Positions 9,897 through 19,945 of a stretch of DNA of 64,000 bases are shown piece by piece. The stretch's first letter is position 1; the number at the start of each line of letters is the position of its first letter. Location: the NCBI GenBank assembly GCA_038888155.1, contig JAWAJB010000002.1, forward strand, positions 242,331 through 306,330. The letters run 5' to 3'. Source of the DNA: Desulfurococcaceae archaeon. GTDB lineage: Archaea; Thermoproteota; Thermoprotei_A; Sulfolobales; Desulfurococcaceae. The notes beneath the pieces were generated by a model. That model made no database searches, was not told the DNA's origin, and saw nothing but the letters and a program-made list of their open reading frames with translations. The translations under genes and the position numbers were made by a program.

Positions 9897-10303
9897 GCTT
9901 TAGATAATTCGGTTATCGCGCATTACAAGAGTGTAGAGCGATATTTCATATATTGAGTATATCGTCGATAACCGGCCCAATTAGATATCTCTGAATTTAA
10001 ATATAGTATGTCAAATGGGACATCGCTTAGTATCAATTCTCCAGCATAAGCACAAGTGGAGAAAATATGCCCGCTAGACATTAAGACCGTGAACATAGTA
10101 ATAAGCAGTGAAGATTTAGTGAAGAGCCGGCGGAAGTTCGAATAAAAAGGAGGTAAATTGCGCGATTTTCCTTTGTCGTTTTCTCTATGTCCTGCTATTC
10201 TAAAGCTTAAATTACAAAATTATTCGTTTTAATCAATTTAGTTTGAAACCCTATTGGTTTTACGAAATGTTTAGTTTTATGAGCCCCTTAAACATGACAA
10301 TGT

Positions 10304-10687
10304 TTGCTGGAGGAGCCCGTGTCCGAGGATGTATATCAATTGAGAAAGGGAGTATGGGTCAAACTAAGTAATGAAGCCAGCAAGCGCGTTGTCCATATAA
10401 TTAAGAGCGTTGAAGATAAACAGCGCGTTGAGTGTCTCGTACGCGCAACGGAAAAGACATATGCACTATACTACGAAGTTTTCATGGTTCTTGAGCCGAC
10501 GAGGAGGCTCAAAAATTCTAGAGGCGACATTAATTACGATGAATACGTCTTTAGGGTGGGCGATAAATTATTCGTTTTAACGGTGCTGTACAGGTATACT
10601 AACAAGTGCTTTGATACAGGGGTCTATATTGGGCTAGACAAAGGTAAAATTTTGACACTAAGAAAACTTGCGAAGTGGGAGTTCTAA
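10304..10687 (+). CDS. Hypothetical protein
   Basis: 127-aa ORF with protein-like composition in an otherwise empty gap; no recognisable motif. Confidence 0.55.
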   Translation: MLEEPVSEDVYQLRKGVWVKLSNEASKRVVHIIKSVEDKQRVECLVRATEKTYALYYEVFMVLEPTRRLKNSRGDINYDEYVFRVGDKLFVLTVLYRYTNKCFDTGVYIGLDKGKILTLRKLAKWEF

Positions 10688-10990
10688 ACTTTTTTGGACT
10701 TAAACACCAAAATGTTGTAGAAATAGGGAATTGGCTATCAGAAATTTCTAGGTAAACGTTAAGCAAAGAACAAAAAATGATTGATTTGGTTAATACACCG
10801 TGAATTACTATTAAATAGTGCTCGACAGGCTCGCTAGGGTATACGAAAGGCAGGGTAAAGTAAAAGAAGATCGTGTCAGACTGCCAATCAAAGTGTAACA
10901 TAGTAAGAAAAGAGTACCTTTTAAAAAATAAAGAGACAGTTAAAAAAAAATAATGAAGCAGATTGGAGCTTTTATGCACACGTAAAAAAA

Positions 10991-12439
10991 TTAAGAGTGC
11001 CCCGCGCTCTCTCTTCTTTTAGCCACTGCCTCACTAATTTCATACACAAAGCTCTTGAATTTGTTAATAATATTTTCATCGTTGGGATCTATCGTTGAAA
11101 ATACCCCGCGATTCCAAACGGTTATCAAGGGTTTAATTGCATTCTCCCGATACCTGCAGTAATACCTTATAACGACATCTGATAATACCTCATTTCTTCT
11201 AACCCACCCTTCACTGATTCTTGTTGTTAAATGTATCACTAGCTTTCCATTGTTCTTAAGCCATGCATATAGAGCGGAAATATTGTTCCAATATTTGGTC
11301 TTGTCTTTAGTTCTTATCCATATATTCTCTGCCTCATTGATAACTATTATGCCTGGATTATACTTCTCGATCGCTCCTCGTATATGCGAGATCAACTCCT
11401 CCAGCGGGTACCTCGATGGATTTATCGACTCGAAAAAGAAGTAGTTTTCAACAACCCATCGAATTTCCTCCCTTTTAAGACTCGTATACTCGGCTAAAAC
11501 CCTGTAAGGAATCATCATTTTAAATTCGTGGGGTGACCACTTGAAGGAGAACACCAATATTTTTAAGTCATTAAATAGAGCAAGAGCGATTATAGGTATA
11601 AATATATCAACATTACGTGCATATGGAGGAGCGCTGTTTGTTATCACATCCCCACTATAAATGCTTCCAATAAGATGCTTCCACAATTCAAGTCCCCGTA
11701 GCTCCTTAGACAGCGTTACTAGAGGTCTTACTGGAGTTGGCGGAACGTGCAAATCAATGCCCCTACTTTGCATAATTGTGAAAGGTATCTCGGCTAACAG
11801 TATCGGTGAGCCACGGGCTTTCCTGATCTCAAGCGAGCGTGAGATAAGCCCTCCATGTTTTTTGAGCCTTAGTGCGAGTACGATATCGGAGACGAACTCC
11901 GCGCCCCCAAGATCTTGAACCTCCTTGTTCATTTGTATCTCTGCTACCAAAACCAGAAGTCCATTAACAATTTTATCTAAATGGTAAAAGAAATTCAGTA
12001 AAACAGCTCTCTTTGTCTCCAGAGCTTCTATAAGCTCTAATATTGGATTTACTGAGTCTATCACCACTATGCTATAGCTACTTTTTACAACTAAATGGCT
12101 AATAGTATTCATTATCTCTTCGGGTGAGGCTACTGGTAGTTTAACGTAAGTTAGTAGCTGCTTGCTCTCCGCTTCCTGCAAGTTTATTCCCAGCTTTCCC
12201 ATGTTCCTGTACAGCTTTTCTTTATCCTCGTAGAAAGTTATGAAGAGGCACTTGTGGCCCCTGAGAGCATTTGAGTAGCAGATCTTGGAGGCAAGAGTAG
12301 TCTTTCCGGAGCCGGGGTGACCTACAATTAGAAGCATGGACTTGGATGGAATATCGCCGAGCAATTCATCTAGGCCAGAAATACCTGTGATGAACGAAGT
12401 ACTCACTTTTATCACTTGATGATTTTCGGATGTCTTCAT
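10991..12439 (-). CDS. KaiC/RAD55-like RecA-superfamily ATPase (two domains, second degenerate)
   Basis: TGISGLDELL, Walker A GHPGSGKT, VVIDS, RSLEIRKARGS; ATG 12439 preferred. Confidence 0.85.
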   Translation of the reverse strand: MKTSENHQVIKVSTSFITGISGLDELLGDIPSKSMLLIVGHPGSGKTTLASKICYSNALRGHKCLFITFYEDKEKLYRNMGKLGINLQEAESKQLLTYVKLPVASPEEIMNTISHLVVKSSYSIVVIDSVNPILELIEALETKRAVLLNFFYHLDKIVNGLLVLVAEIQMNKEVQDLGGAEFVSDIVLALRLKKHGGLISRSLEIRKARGSPILLAEIPFTIMQSRGIDLHVPPTPVRPLVTLSKELRGLELWKHLIGSIYSGDVITNSAPPYARNVDIFIPIIALALFNDLKILVFSFKWSPHEFKMMIPYRVLAEYTSLKREEIRWVVENYFFFESINPSRYPLEELISHIRGAIEKYNPGIIVINEAENIWIRTKDKTKYWNNISALYAWLKNNGKLVIHLTTRISEGWVRRNEVLSDVVIRYYCRYRENAIKPLITVWNRGVFSTIDPNDENIINKFKSFVYEISEAVAKRRESAGHS

Positions 12440-12647
12440 GTACAATATATTTGTATTGATGAACAATATAAAAATTTAACGCATAATACTTTATTTTGCT
12501 TTTCTCTACCCGATCCATTCAACTTAATATTAAGTAATTTTTAAGTAAATGGTAAATAGACTAATCGACAAATTGTCCACTCCTCCTAGATGGGGATGAC
12601 GTTATGGTAGTATAAGCCCAATAAGTGTTTATTTGTTTTTGGTAATC

Positions 12648-14426
12648 CTAAGCCAATGGCTCCCTCAGTAAGACTCTTCCTGCTAACGTTTTATTGTACT
12701 TTGAGTTCTCAACAACTATAGTACCGTTGACTAGTACGTATTTTATCCCGCTAGGCGGCTGCCTAGGATCGCCTAGAAGGGGATGATCTAGCTCGACAAC
12801 GTTAAATACAACGATATCAGCATAGTAGCCTTGCTTGATGCCCCCCCTTCTAGCTAGACCAGCAATTCTTGCAGGTATGCTAGTTAGTTTTTCTATGGCC
12901 TCCTCTATAGGTAAAATATTTTTCTCAACCACATATTTCTTTATAAACCTAGGGAAGCAGCCGTAAGTATTAGGATGTGGAAGATAGTACGGAGGGACCT
13001 TTAACTCCCATTGCATCCCCAAGTTAAACGTGTCTGTTACAACAGCAGAGATCTTATGCTTTATAGCTTCCTCAAGAGAGGCTTCATGTAGCTCTAACAT
13101 TCTGTTGATCTCAATTTCAGTTGTTGGGTCTTCGGAGAGTAAATCTAATATAAGATCTACAATGTCCTTGTTTAATTTCTCGGAGACTTCATATAATGTG
13201 AATCCTGAGATCCCGTCTACATTGCTTTTAACTATTGTTATATGTTTAGCTAAATCAGTTATATAGAATGGGTTAAGAGAGTATATTTTACCCTCTTGAA
13301 TATTCCTCTTAACTTCATCTCTATAATCCTTAGCTCTCAATAAATTTCCTAATCGTTCGAGGTTGCCTGCGTCCCGGATGCATGGAGATAACAGTGATGC
13401 AAGGTATTTTATTTTAAAGACGCCGCCCGTTTCCGTGGGAATAACATCGAATCCTATCTCAAGACCCGATTCACGAGCTTTCTCAATGGTTTTTATAGTT
13501 TCGCGGGCAGAAACCCTCCATAATTCCTCATTATCAGGGTAAACTATGTAGCCGGGCAATAGATGCGAGATCTCTACCCTTATCCCAGCCTTTCTTCCTA
13601 CTTCAATGGCCTCTATTATTCCTTCAATTTTACGTGGCAATAATTTCGAGGTTCCTCTTCTTATACCCGTTCTTCGCCAGTGAGTAGAGTATAACCCTCC
13701 GTATTTAGCAGCAACTTTAGCAAGCTCTATTATTTCTTCGGTATCAGCATATGCCCCAGGCTCGTAGTCAAGACCTGTCGAGAATCCTATTGCACCCGCC
13801 TCCATAGCTTCCTCAACTAGCTCTTTCATTTCCCTAATTTCTTCGGTTGTAGCTTTCCTTTTGTAATCTTTGCCCATAACTTGGGCTCTAATGGTATTGT
13901 GGCCGACCTGTAGAGCAATGTTAACACCTATCCCCGTGGCTCTAAGTACATCTATGTACTCGCGGAACGTGCTCCAATTTATTTCAAGTCCCAGAGTTTC
14001 TCTCAAAAGAGGTTTGATCTCGTCTAGGGGAACAACAGCTGACTCGGGATAGTACTTGTAAGGATAAAGTCTCTGAATCGCCTCTTCTTCCCAAAAGCTC
14101 CAAAGCCACCATTTCTTAAGAGGAGCTGGGCTGTATCCACAGTTGCCCCCGACCGCGGTTGTGATTCCTTGAAGTAAACCGCACTCAGCTGATGGATACA
14201 TTAGCATAGTTTCATCGAAGTGGCTGTGTAAGTCTATAAATCCAGGAGAGACGAATAGATTGCTTGCCTCTATAACTTTCTTCGCGTCCAAGCCCCTACA
14301 CTCCTCTAGTTTGCCAACAAAAGCTATTTTGTCGTCTTCTATGCCAATGCAGCCCTCAAATGGAGGATTACCAAACCCGTCAACTATTGTCCCACCAATT
14401 ATCAATATAGAAAACAAACGCCCCAC
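12648..14426 (-). CDS. N-acyl-D-amino-acid deacylase (D-aminoacylase family amidohydrolase)
   Basis: PGFIDLHSHFD, GNCG, STGLDYEPG, HWR, ISHL, HPNTYGCFPR, GYYADIVVF. Confidence 0.88.
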   Translation of the reverse strand: MGRLFSILIIGGTIVDGFGNPPFEGCIGIEDDKIAFVGKLEECRGLDAKKVIEASNLFVSPGFIDLHSHFDETMLMYPSAECGLLQGITTAVGGNCGYSPAPLKKWWLWSFWEEEAIQRLYPYKYYPESAVVPLDEIKPLLRETLGLEINWSTFREYIDVLRATGIGVNIALQVGHNTIRAQVMGKDYKRKATTEEIREMKELVEEAMEAGAIGFSTGLDYEPGAYADTEEIIELAKVAAKYGGLYSTHWRRTGIRRGTSKLLPRKIEGIIEAIEVGRKAGIRVEISHLLPGYIVYPDNEELWRVSARETIKTIEKARESGLEIGFDVIPTETGGVFKIKYLASLLSPCIRDAGNLERLGNLLRAKDYRDEVKRNIQEGKIYSLNPFYITDLAKHITIVKSNVDGISGFTLYEVSEKLNKDIVDLILDLLSEDPTTEIEINRMLELHEASLEEAIKHKISAVVTDTFNLGMQWELKVPPYYLPHPNTYGCFPRFIKKYVVEKNILPIEEAIEKLTSIPARIAGLARRGGIKQGYYADIVVFNVVELDHPLLGDPRQPPSGIKYVLVNGTIVVENSKYNKTLAGRVLLREPLA

Positions 14427-14464
14427 CTCCTATTTGGTATAACGAATTTTCTATATCTCTAGGA

Positions 14465-15180
14465 ACAATTTATATTTGTTTGGGTATATCGTCTTCACAA
14501 CATCATTATCATTGAATTATTTTAGTGCCTCTACAATGTATTACTCATTGAGAACCCCCGATGGTGTAGATGTCCCTATTATTCTCTTAAGTTCCCTCAA
14601 GTTGAGCAGTTTGAACCAATCTGCTCACTTAATTAATTGTCTCTCAAACCATATTTTTTGACCAATCTCTTTAAGCTCCTCCAATGGTGCTAAATCCCAT
14701 TGGTTTTCCACATTCTCGACGTTTTTGGTCTATATATATTCCAGGCGGACGAGCCAAAACTAGGCCATTAGAGACAGTCCGCCTACGCTCTTCTCTTATG
14801 GACAATTAGACAGCCTCACTTAGTGGAATATCTTGTTTGCCCGTAGGTATTCATTTTTTATCAACTACACAACTATGTTCTAAGTGGCTATGTCTTGAGC
14901 TTACAAGAAATATAATCTAGCGGTTCTGTTTGATGATAAGCTGGTTCAACGTTGTTAAATGCAGTAGCCTATTGAAGTCCTCCATGTCTTCTTCAAGCCT
15001 CTTTTGCTTCCTATCTAGGAACCTTTACGGCTGAAAGACCACTTGGCTATGTTTCTCACTACTCTCATCTCCCATATGAAACTTGCGGTTCTCTCAAGTC
15101 ACTATTGTGGCAGGGTTCACTCATCGGTTAAGCCTAGCATACGTGCCTAAGTTGAAATCGCACTAAGCCTTCCTCCTCGG
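14465..15180 (-). pseudogene. Possible decayed gene of unknown identity
   Basis: Minus-strand frames give protein-like stretches broken by stops: RFLDRKQKRLEEDMEDFNRLLHL... and WDLAPLEELKEIGQKIWFERQLIK*ADWFKLLNLRELKRIIG...*YIVEALK*. Confidence 0.3.
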
Positions 15181-15535
15181 TAACATCTATTAGTTTAAAG
15201 AGATCCGCCTTCTATTTAGGTCCACGTTAGTTGCGCAAGCATACAAAGGTTCATAATCACACGAAACAAGCTTCGTCTCATAAAAGAGCCGCACCTCTTG
15301 ATACAGCTCCCTTAGCCAGTTATATGTATACATGCGACAGGAAAGGTTGCAACCGACTGCATTCAACACATTTATCGCAACATCTACTGGGGCGCTTCAC
15401 AGAAATTCGATTATTAACTTCATTTTAACTAAGGTAATAATAAAAATTACAAGAATCTTCATTCCTAGCATTAAAATAATCATGCTACCTAAAATATTAT
15501 ATCGCGAAAAAATAAATTGTACGACAATCTCCTGT

Positions 15536-16057
15536 TTAACTCCAGGGATTTCCGTAAACATTTACAGAAACTAAATCTGATAACTGTTTCCGCGGTCTAG
15601 GAGCAGGAGATTCGTTAGGTTTACCTATTGTTATCAATGCAACAACTTTATATCTGTCCGGAACATTGAGAAGCTTCTTGACTTCAAGTTCGTCAAATGC
15701 CCCAATCCAGCAGGTACCATAACCTAGTTCGGTCGCCTCGAGTACTATATGATCTAGTGCTATCGCTGTGTCTATAACAGCCCACTTGGGTGAAGATTCC
15801 ACATCGGCGAGCCCAACAATTATGCAAGCTGCATCTTTTACAAATGCCTGGTTTCTACAGGCTGGAACGAGTTTCTCTTTAAGCTTATCATCACGTACTA
15901 ATATGAAATGCCTTGGTTGCCTATTGCCTGCACTGGGGGCCCACCTATTTGCCTCGAGGATTTTAATTAAATCTTCTTTCACTATATCTTCGCGCTTGTA
16001 AGCCCTTATGCTTCGTCTTGATAGAATTGTCTCGTATACCCCCAATTCAATCTCCAC
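15536..16057 (-). CDS. Nitroreductase family protein
   Basis: RRSIRAY, WAPSAGNRQP, LGYGTCWIGAF, PRPRK. Confidence 0.92.
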   Translation of the reverse strand: MEIELGVYETILSRRSIRAYKREDIVKEDLIKILEANRWAPSAGNRQPRHFILVRDDKLKEKLVPACRNQAFVKDAACIIVGLADVESSPKWAVIDTAIALDHIVLEATELGYGTCWIGAFDELEVKKLLNVPDRYKVVALITIGKPNESPAPRPRKQLSDLVSVNVYGNPWS

Positions 16058-16118
16058 TTAGAGGCTAGCTATTTAGAGGTATTTAAACTAAAATAAAAAT
16101 AAAGTTCGAGTTCTATTT

Positions 16119-17126
16119 TCATTTATTTTGTGCTCTCCCAAGAACCCTGTATAGCTCTCTCTCAAATATCGCCAGCTTAGACGCTAATGCTTCTTTTTGT
16201 AACCTCTTTAACACGGGGTATCCAAGCAATTGTTCTAAAGCCCACTCCTTGGCGAATTCGCCGCTAAGAATTTCTTGAGCAGACGTTCTCATTTTATCTT
16301 TAAGTTCGCTCGTTAAATGCCTTTTCAACCTTGTCAGGTGTCCGTACTGGCTGGTCCTTGAGTGTAACTTCATTTGCTCGAATAACCCTATTTCAGCCAT
16401 GTACTTAGCGACTTCTGATAACTCACCCGACGCGTAAAGCTCGAGAATTGCAGCCTCAGGGGATACACCAAATTCTTCGGTTAGGACCTCAAAGTATGCT
16501 ATGAATGCAGCTTGAAGAATTGGTCCCCAAGTCTGTTCGCTCATTAAGTCCAGTAGTGTTTCCTCGTCAAAGCTGGATTTTACTGCTACGCCCCCAGGTC
16601 TTCCGATAGCACCTATGGCCTGGGCGAATGCCTTTGCATGCTCCCACGCTCTCCCGGAGCAATCTTTAGCTACACCCACTAAAACAGGATACCCTTTTCC
16701 TTGTTTGTGTAAATCTAGGATCCCCGCGCCAATCATTCGAGGGGCAATCATTATCGTGTCTGCGTTGCTCGGAGGCTCGATAAAACCAAATGTTATATTG
16801 TAGCCGCTTGCAAAAATCAACACATAGAAGGATTTATTTCGAGTTGCATTTTCTATTTTCTCGTAGAACACTTTTGGTGCTATTTCGTCGGGAATCAAAA
16901 GAGCTAAAATATCGGCTTTGCTTGAGGCTTCCTCAATCAAGTATGTCTCAAACCCTGCTCTGATCGCAGCCTCATAAGAGGAGTCCTTTATGTTCCCTAT
17001 AATTACGCGAAAACCGCTATCTCTTAGAATACTAGCCCACGCGCGGCCTTGGTTGCCGAAACCTATAATAGATATTGTTCTATTTTTTATTAAATCAATG
17101 TCTCCATTGAAATACAGCTCTGTCAT
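16119..17126 (-). CDS. ilvC: Ketol-acid reductoisomerase (class I, IlvC2-like)
   Basis: IIGFGNQGRA, LIPDE, FASGYNI, IAPRMIG, DLMSEQ, HSRTSQYG. Confidence 0.85.
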   Translation of the reverse strand: MTELYFNGDIDLIKNRTISIIGFGNQGRAWASILRDSGFRVIIGNIKDSSYEAAIRAGFETYLIEEASSKADILALLIPDEIAPKVFYEKIENATRNKSFYVLIFASGYNITFGFIEPPSNADTIMIAPRMIGAGILDLHKQGKGYPVLVGVAKDCSGRAWEHAKAFAQAIGAIGRPGGVAVKSSFDEETLLDLMSEQTWGPILQAAFIAYFEVLTEEFGVSPEAAILELYASGELSEVAKYMAEIGLFEQMKLHSRTSQYGHLTRLKRHLTSELKDKMRTSAQEILSGEFAKEWALEQLLGYPVLKRLQKEALASKLAIFERELYRVLGRAQNK

Positions 17127-17522
17127 TTAGGTTACCTCAAAAACTATATTGAACGAAAATGTATTTATTTAATACCAAGGGTTGAACCCATGTGCACAGA
17201 TAATTTCGAAGGACAAGATTGCATCTGCGACCTTCATTCTCACTAATGAACTTCAAGTAAATAAAAACTCTAAAAGCATGCACTAAATTAAGAACACTTT
17301 TTCCAGCTAGATGAAATTTTGTCGGTTTGGCGTGCCTTCTTGATATATAGTTTTTTATTGCTTTAACTTGCAATGCTCTAGGAAGGAAATATCCAGTGCG
17401 TAAACGTTAAAGCTCAATTGAACTTGACACCGCTTTAAAATTATTCTTGTTCCGATCGAACATTTTCTACGCTGCAATAGTTAGTTAATAATTCAATTAC
17501 ACACTTGGAAGTAAAAGACATT

Positions 17523-18077
17523 CTATTTAGGAATTTTAAGGGTTGCCTTAAGACCCTCTACAAGGACTTTGATTTCTTTCCTCAATTTATTCTCTTCTCT
17601 AATTGTTTTGACCTGGACGTTTAAGTGGTAAATAGGAGTTAAGCCGTAATTTTTCGCAACTATCAATTTAATTCTCTCGGAGTTAACGGGTAAAGAACTA
17701 GTTGTCACTACAGCCAGTGGCTTGTTGGAACGGTATTTCCTTAGAAATTCCTGTATTGGTGGGGTTAATGTATTATACCATATTGGCGATAGCACTACTA
17801 GTGCCGAGTACTTCTCTGAGTCAAACGGAGTCGGTTTTAACTTGATCTCTGTACCTCTTCTTACAATGGTATCATATATTAAACTGGGGTTGGCGTGAAG
17901 GGGTCTCTTATACTCATTTATTGGATCTACTCTAAATTCATCCACTAATAGGTAATGTGAGCTGAGCTCGTCAGCTGTAACTCCAGCTACCTTGCGAGTG
18001 TTGCCGGTTCTCGAGTAATGAATTGTCGCGATATATATTGGCTCCAGGGCAATGTTCATACTCTCGATCAACTGCAC
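17523..18077 (-). CDS. Flavodoxin-like protein
   Basis: YSRTGNTRKVA FMN loop, SPIW. Confidence 0.8.
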   Translation of the reverse strand: MQLIESMNIALEPIYIATIHYSRTGNTRKVAGVTADELSSHYLLVDEFRVDPINEYKRPLHANPSLIYDTIVRRGTEIKLKPTPFDSEKYSALVVLSPIWYNTLTPPIQEFLRKYRSNKPLAVVTTSSLPVNSERIKLIVAKNYGLTPIYHLNVQVKTIREENKLRKEIKVLVEGLKATLKIPK

Positions 18078-18094
18078 GCGAAATTTTAGTAAAG

Positions 18095-19477
18095 CTATTC
18101 TTTCTGCGAAAAGTTTAGTACCGTCATTACTACGTGCTTTATTCCCAGCTTGAAATCCGTTAAACGTATATTTTCGTTCGGGGAGTGGGCCCTTGATCCA
18201 TAGTAGCCAACGCCTGCGCCTGTCATAGGAGTCTTGGCCAGACCTGTGAATATGTAGATAGGTCCAGATCCGCCTGATAGTGGAGTTAACTTTGGTTCTC
18301 TGCCATAGATTTCTTTTGCAGCGCTAGCCGAGGCCTTTACAATAAACTCTGAAGGCTTAGTGTAACCAGATGGATACATACTCAACACCTCAATCTCCGC
18401 CTCTTGGTAGCCCAATTCAAGTATATACTTTCTGAGCGCTTCGAGTAGTCTCTCGGGATCTTGGCCAGGTACTGGCCTGATATCTATTTTAACACCTGCA
18501 ACACTTGGAATAACTGTTTTTGATCCCTTCCCAGTATATCCTGCGTAAAGCCCAGATATGTTCAACGATGGTGTACTATAGAGTTCCCTTAGAGCTTCTC
18601 TTCCTTTAAGATCCTTTAGGAAACTTGCGAGCTCTAACTCTTCTCTAAGCTTGTCTATTTCCTCATGACTTAATTTGTTAGTCAACATTTCAACGTGAGC
18701 AATGAACTCTTCATCTACTCCTTCCCCTATACCTGGCAACAATATATCTCCCTCGGGTGATTTCAACTTAGCCAGCAAGTGTATTAGTTTCCAAGCCGGG
18801 TTAGGAACTAGAGGTGCCAATCCGCTGTGGACGTCTCTATTTGGACCTTTAAACTTTATTTCCACATACAACATTCCCTTAAAGCCAAGGGGGATCTCTA
18901 GTGAACCATCTCTTCCTACGGAGGCAGTTTCCCAGACACCTCCATCGCTTTTTACCCAGCCTAAGTTCTCTTTTACAATGTTAGGTAGAGAAGGAGAGCC
19001 GATCTCTTCTTCTCCTTCTATTAAGAACCTTATCTTTAAGTCAAGCTTCTCCAAGTAATCCGTTAAAGAATCTATAGCGGCAATCCTCGCTACAATATTG
19101 CCCTTGTTATCTGAAGTGCCCCTACCGAATGCGTAGTCGCCCTTAATGTTCATAGTAAATGGATCCGATTCCCAAAGCTCGATTGGGTCTGGCGGCTGAA
19201 CATCGTAGTGATTATAGAACAGAAGTGATCGTGATCCAGAGCCGATCTCGGCTAATACTACTGGGGCACCGCCTTTAGATTTCACTTCAGCCTTATATCC
19301 TCTTTCGCGGAAAATCTCAAAGAGGTAGCGAGCACATGAATGTAGATCTTCACCTCTCCAAGCAGATACAGATTTAAATGCAATTAAGCTCCTCAATAGA
19401 TCCACGTATTTGTCGTAGTTTGTATTTATGTACTTAAAAGAACTACTTACAATTTTTGATAGCTCGCTCTCGTACAA
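18095..19477 (-). CDS. M20 dipeptidase-like metallohydrolase
   Basis: YNHYDVQPPDP, GRGTSDNKG, EGEEEIGS, DVHSG, AHSPNE. Confidence 0.9.
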   Translation of the reverse strand: MYESELSKIVSSSFKYINTNYDKYVDLLRSLIAFKSVSAWRGEDLHSCARYLFEIFRERGYKAEVKSKGGAPVVLAEIGSGSRSLLFYNHYDVQPPDPIELWESDPFTMNIKGDYAFGRGTSDNKGNIVARIAAIDSLTDYLEKLDLKIRFLIEGEEEIGSPSLPNIVKENLGWVKSDGGVWETASVGRDGSLEIPLGFKGMLYVEIKFKGPNRDVHSGLAPLVPNPAWKLIHLLAKLKSPEGDILLPGIGEGVDEEFIAHVEMLTNKLSHEEIDKLREELELASFLKDLKGREALRELYSTPSLNISGLYAGYTGKGSKTVIPSVAGVKIDIRPVPGQDPERLLEALRKYILELGYQEAEIEVLSMYPSGYTKPSEFIVKASASAAKEIYGREPKLTPLSGGSGPIYIFTGLAKTPMTGAGVGYYGSRAHSPNENIRLTDFKLGIKHVVMTVLNFSQKE

Positions 19478-19945
19478 TATTCCACCGTGAAATTTATTTA
19501 TTCGTAATTCAGTAAATAAGCTTTAATCCAAGAGCTTTAAAATTACGACGAGCTTAGTCCAACATCAATTGATGTATAAAAAGCCTTCGACGAAGCGAAA
19601 GTTCATTGCTTTAGGCAACTAGAACCACACAGAGAAATTTGCTAGGCTTAAAAGCATAGATGAATGGTCGTAAAGACTTAAAATTAGATTGTCAGCGTAG
19701 AGATCTGAAAGTAACAGCTTGGAAGCTTGTGAATAGATGCTATTAAACTTTGTATTATTCTGTGTCTCAATAAAGTACACATAACAACTAAGCGTTTGCG
19801 TATACAACTTGCTGGCATTAGGATAGTCGTCAGTGCTAATAGTTTACAAGAGATCACCGGATTTCTTAACGCTTCAATGAAATGTGCTATGCTATTTACT
19901 GATCCTGCGAAAATGCGCAAGCTTCTGCGGACTGTGGCTACTTCG

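Noticed and set aside
9857-10050. TPP or purine riboswitch upstream of cytX
   Set aside because: TPP signature motifs are absent; resemblance to the purine riboswitch is limited to 4-6-nt words; the stem region lies upstream of the likely TATA box
10599-10979. 126-aa minus-strand ORF
   Set aside because: Derived from A-rich terminator-like intergenic DNA (Phe/Leu-rich) and overlaps 10304-10687
14760-15060. TnpB/IS605 identity for the decayed region
   Set aside because: Only vague resemblance; no RuvC or Zn-ribbon motif could be read in any frame
12522-19575. Perfect 14-bp palindromes ACTTAATATTAAGT (12522-12535) and ACATCAATTGATGT (19562-19575); also GCGTCT-A-AGACGC at 2177-2189
   Set aside because: Several such palindromes are expected by chance in 64 kb of AT-rich DNA; they share no motif
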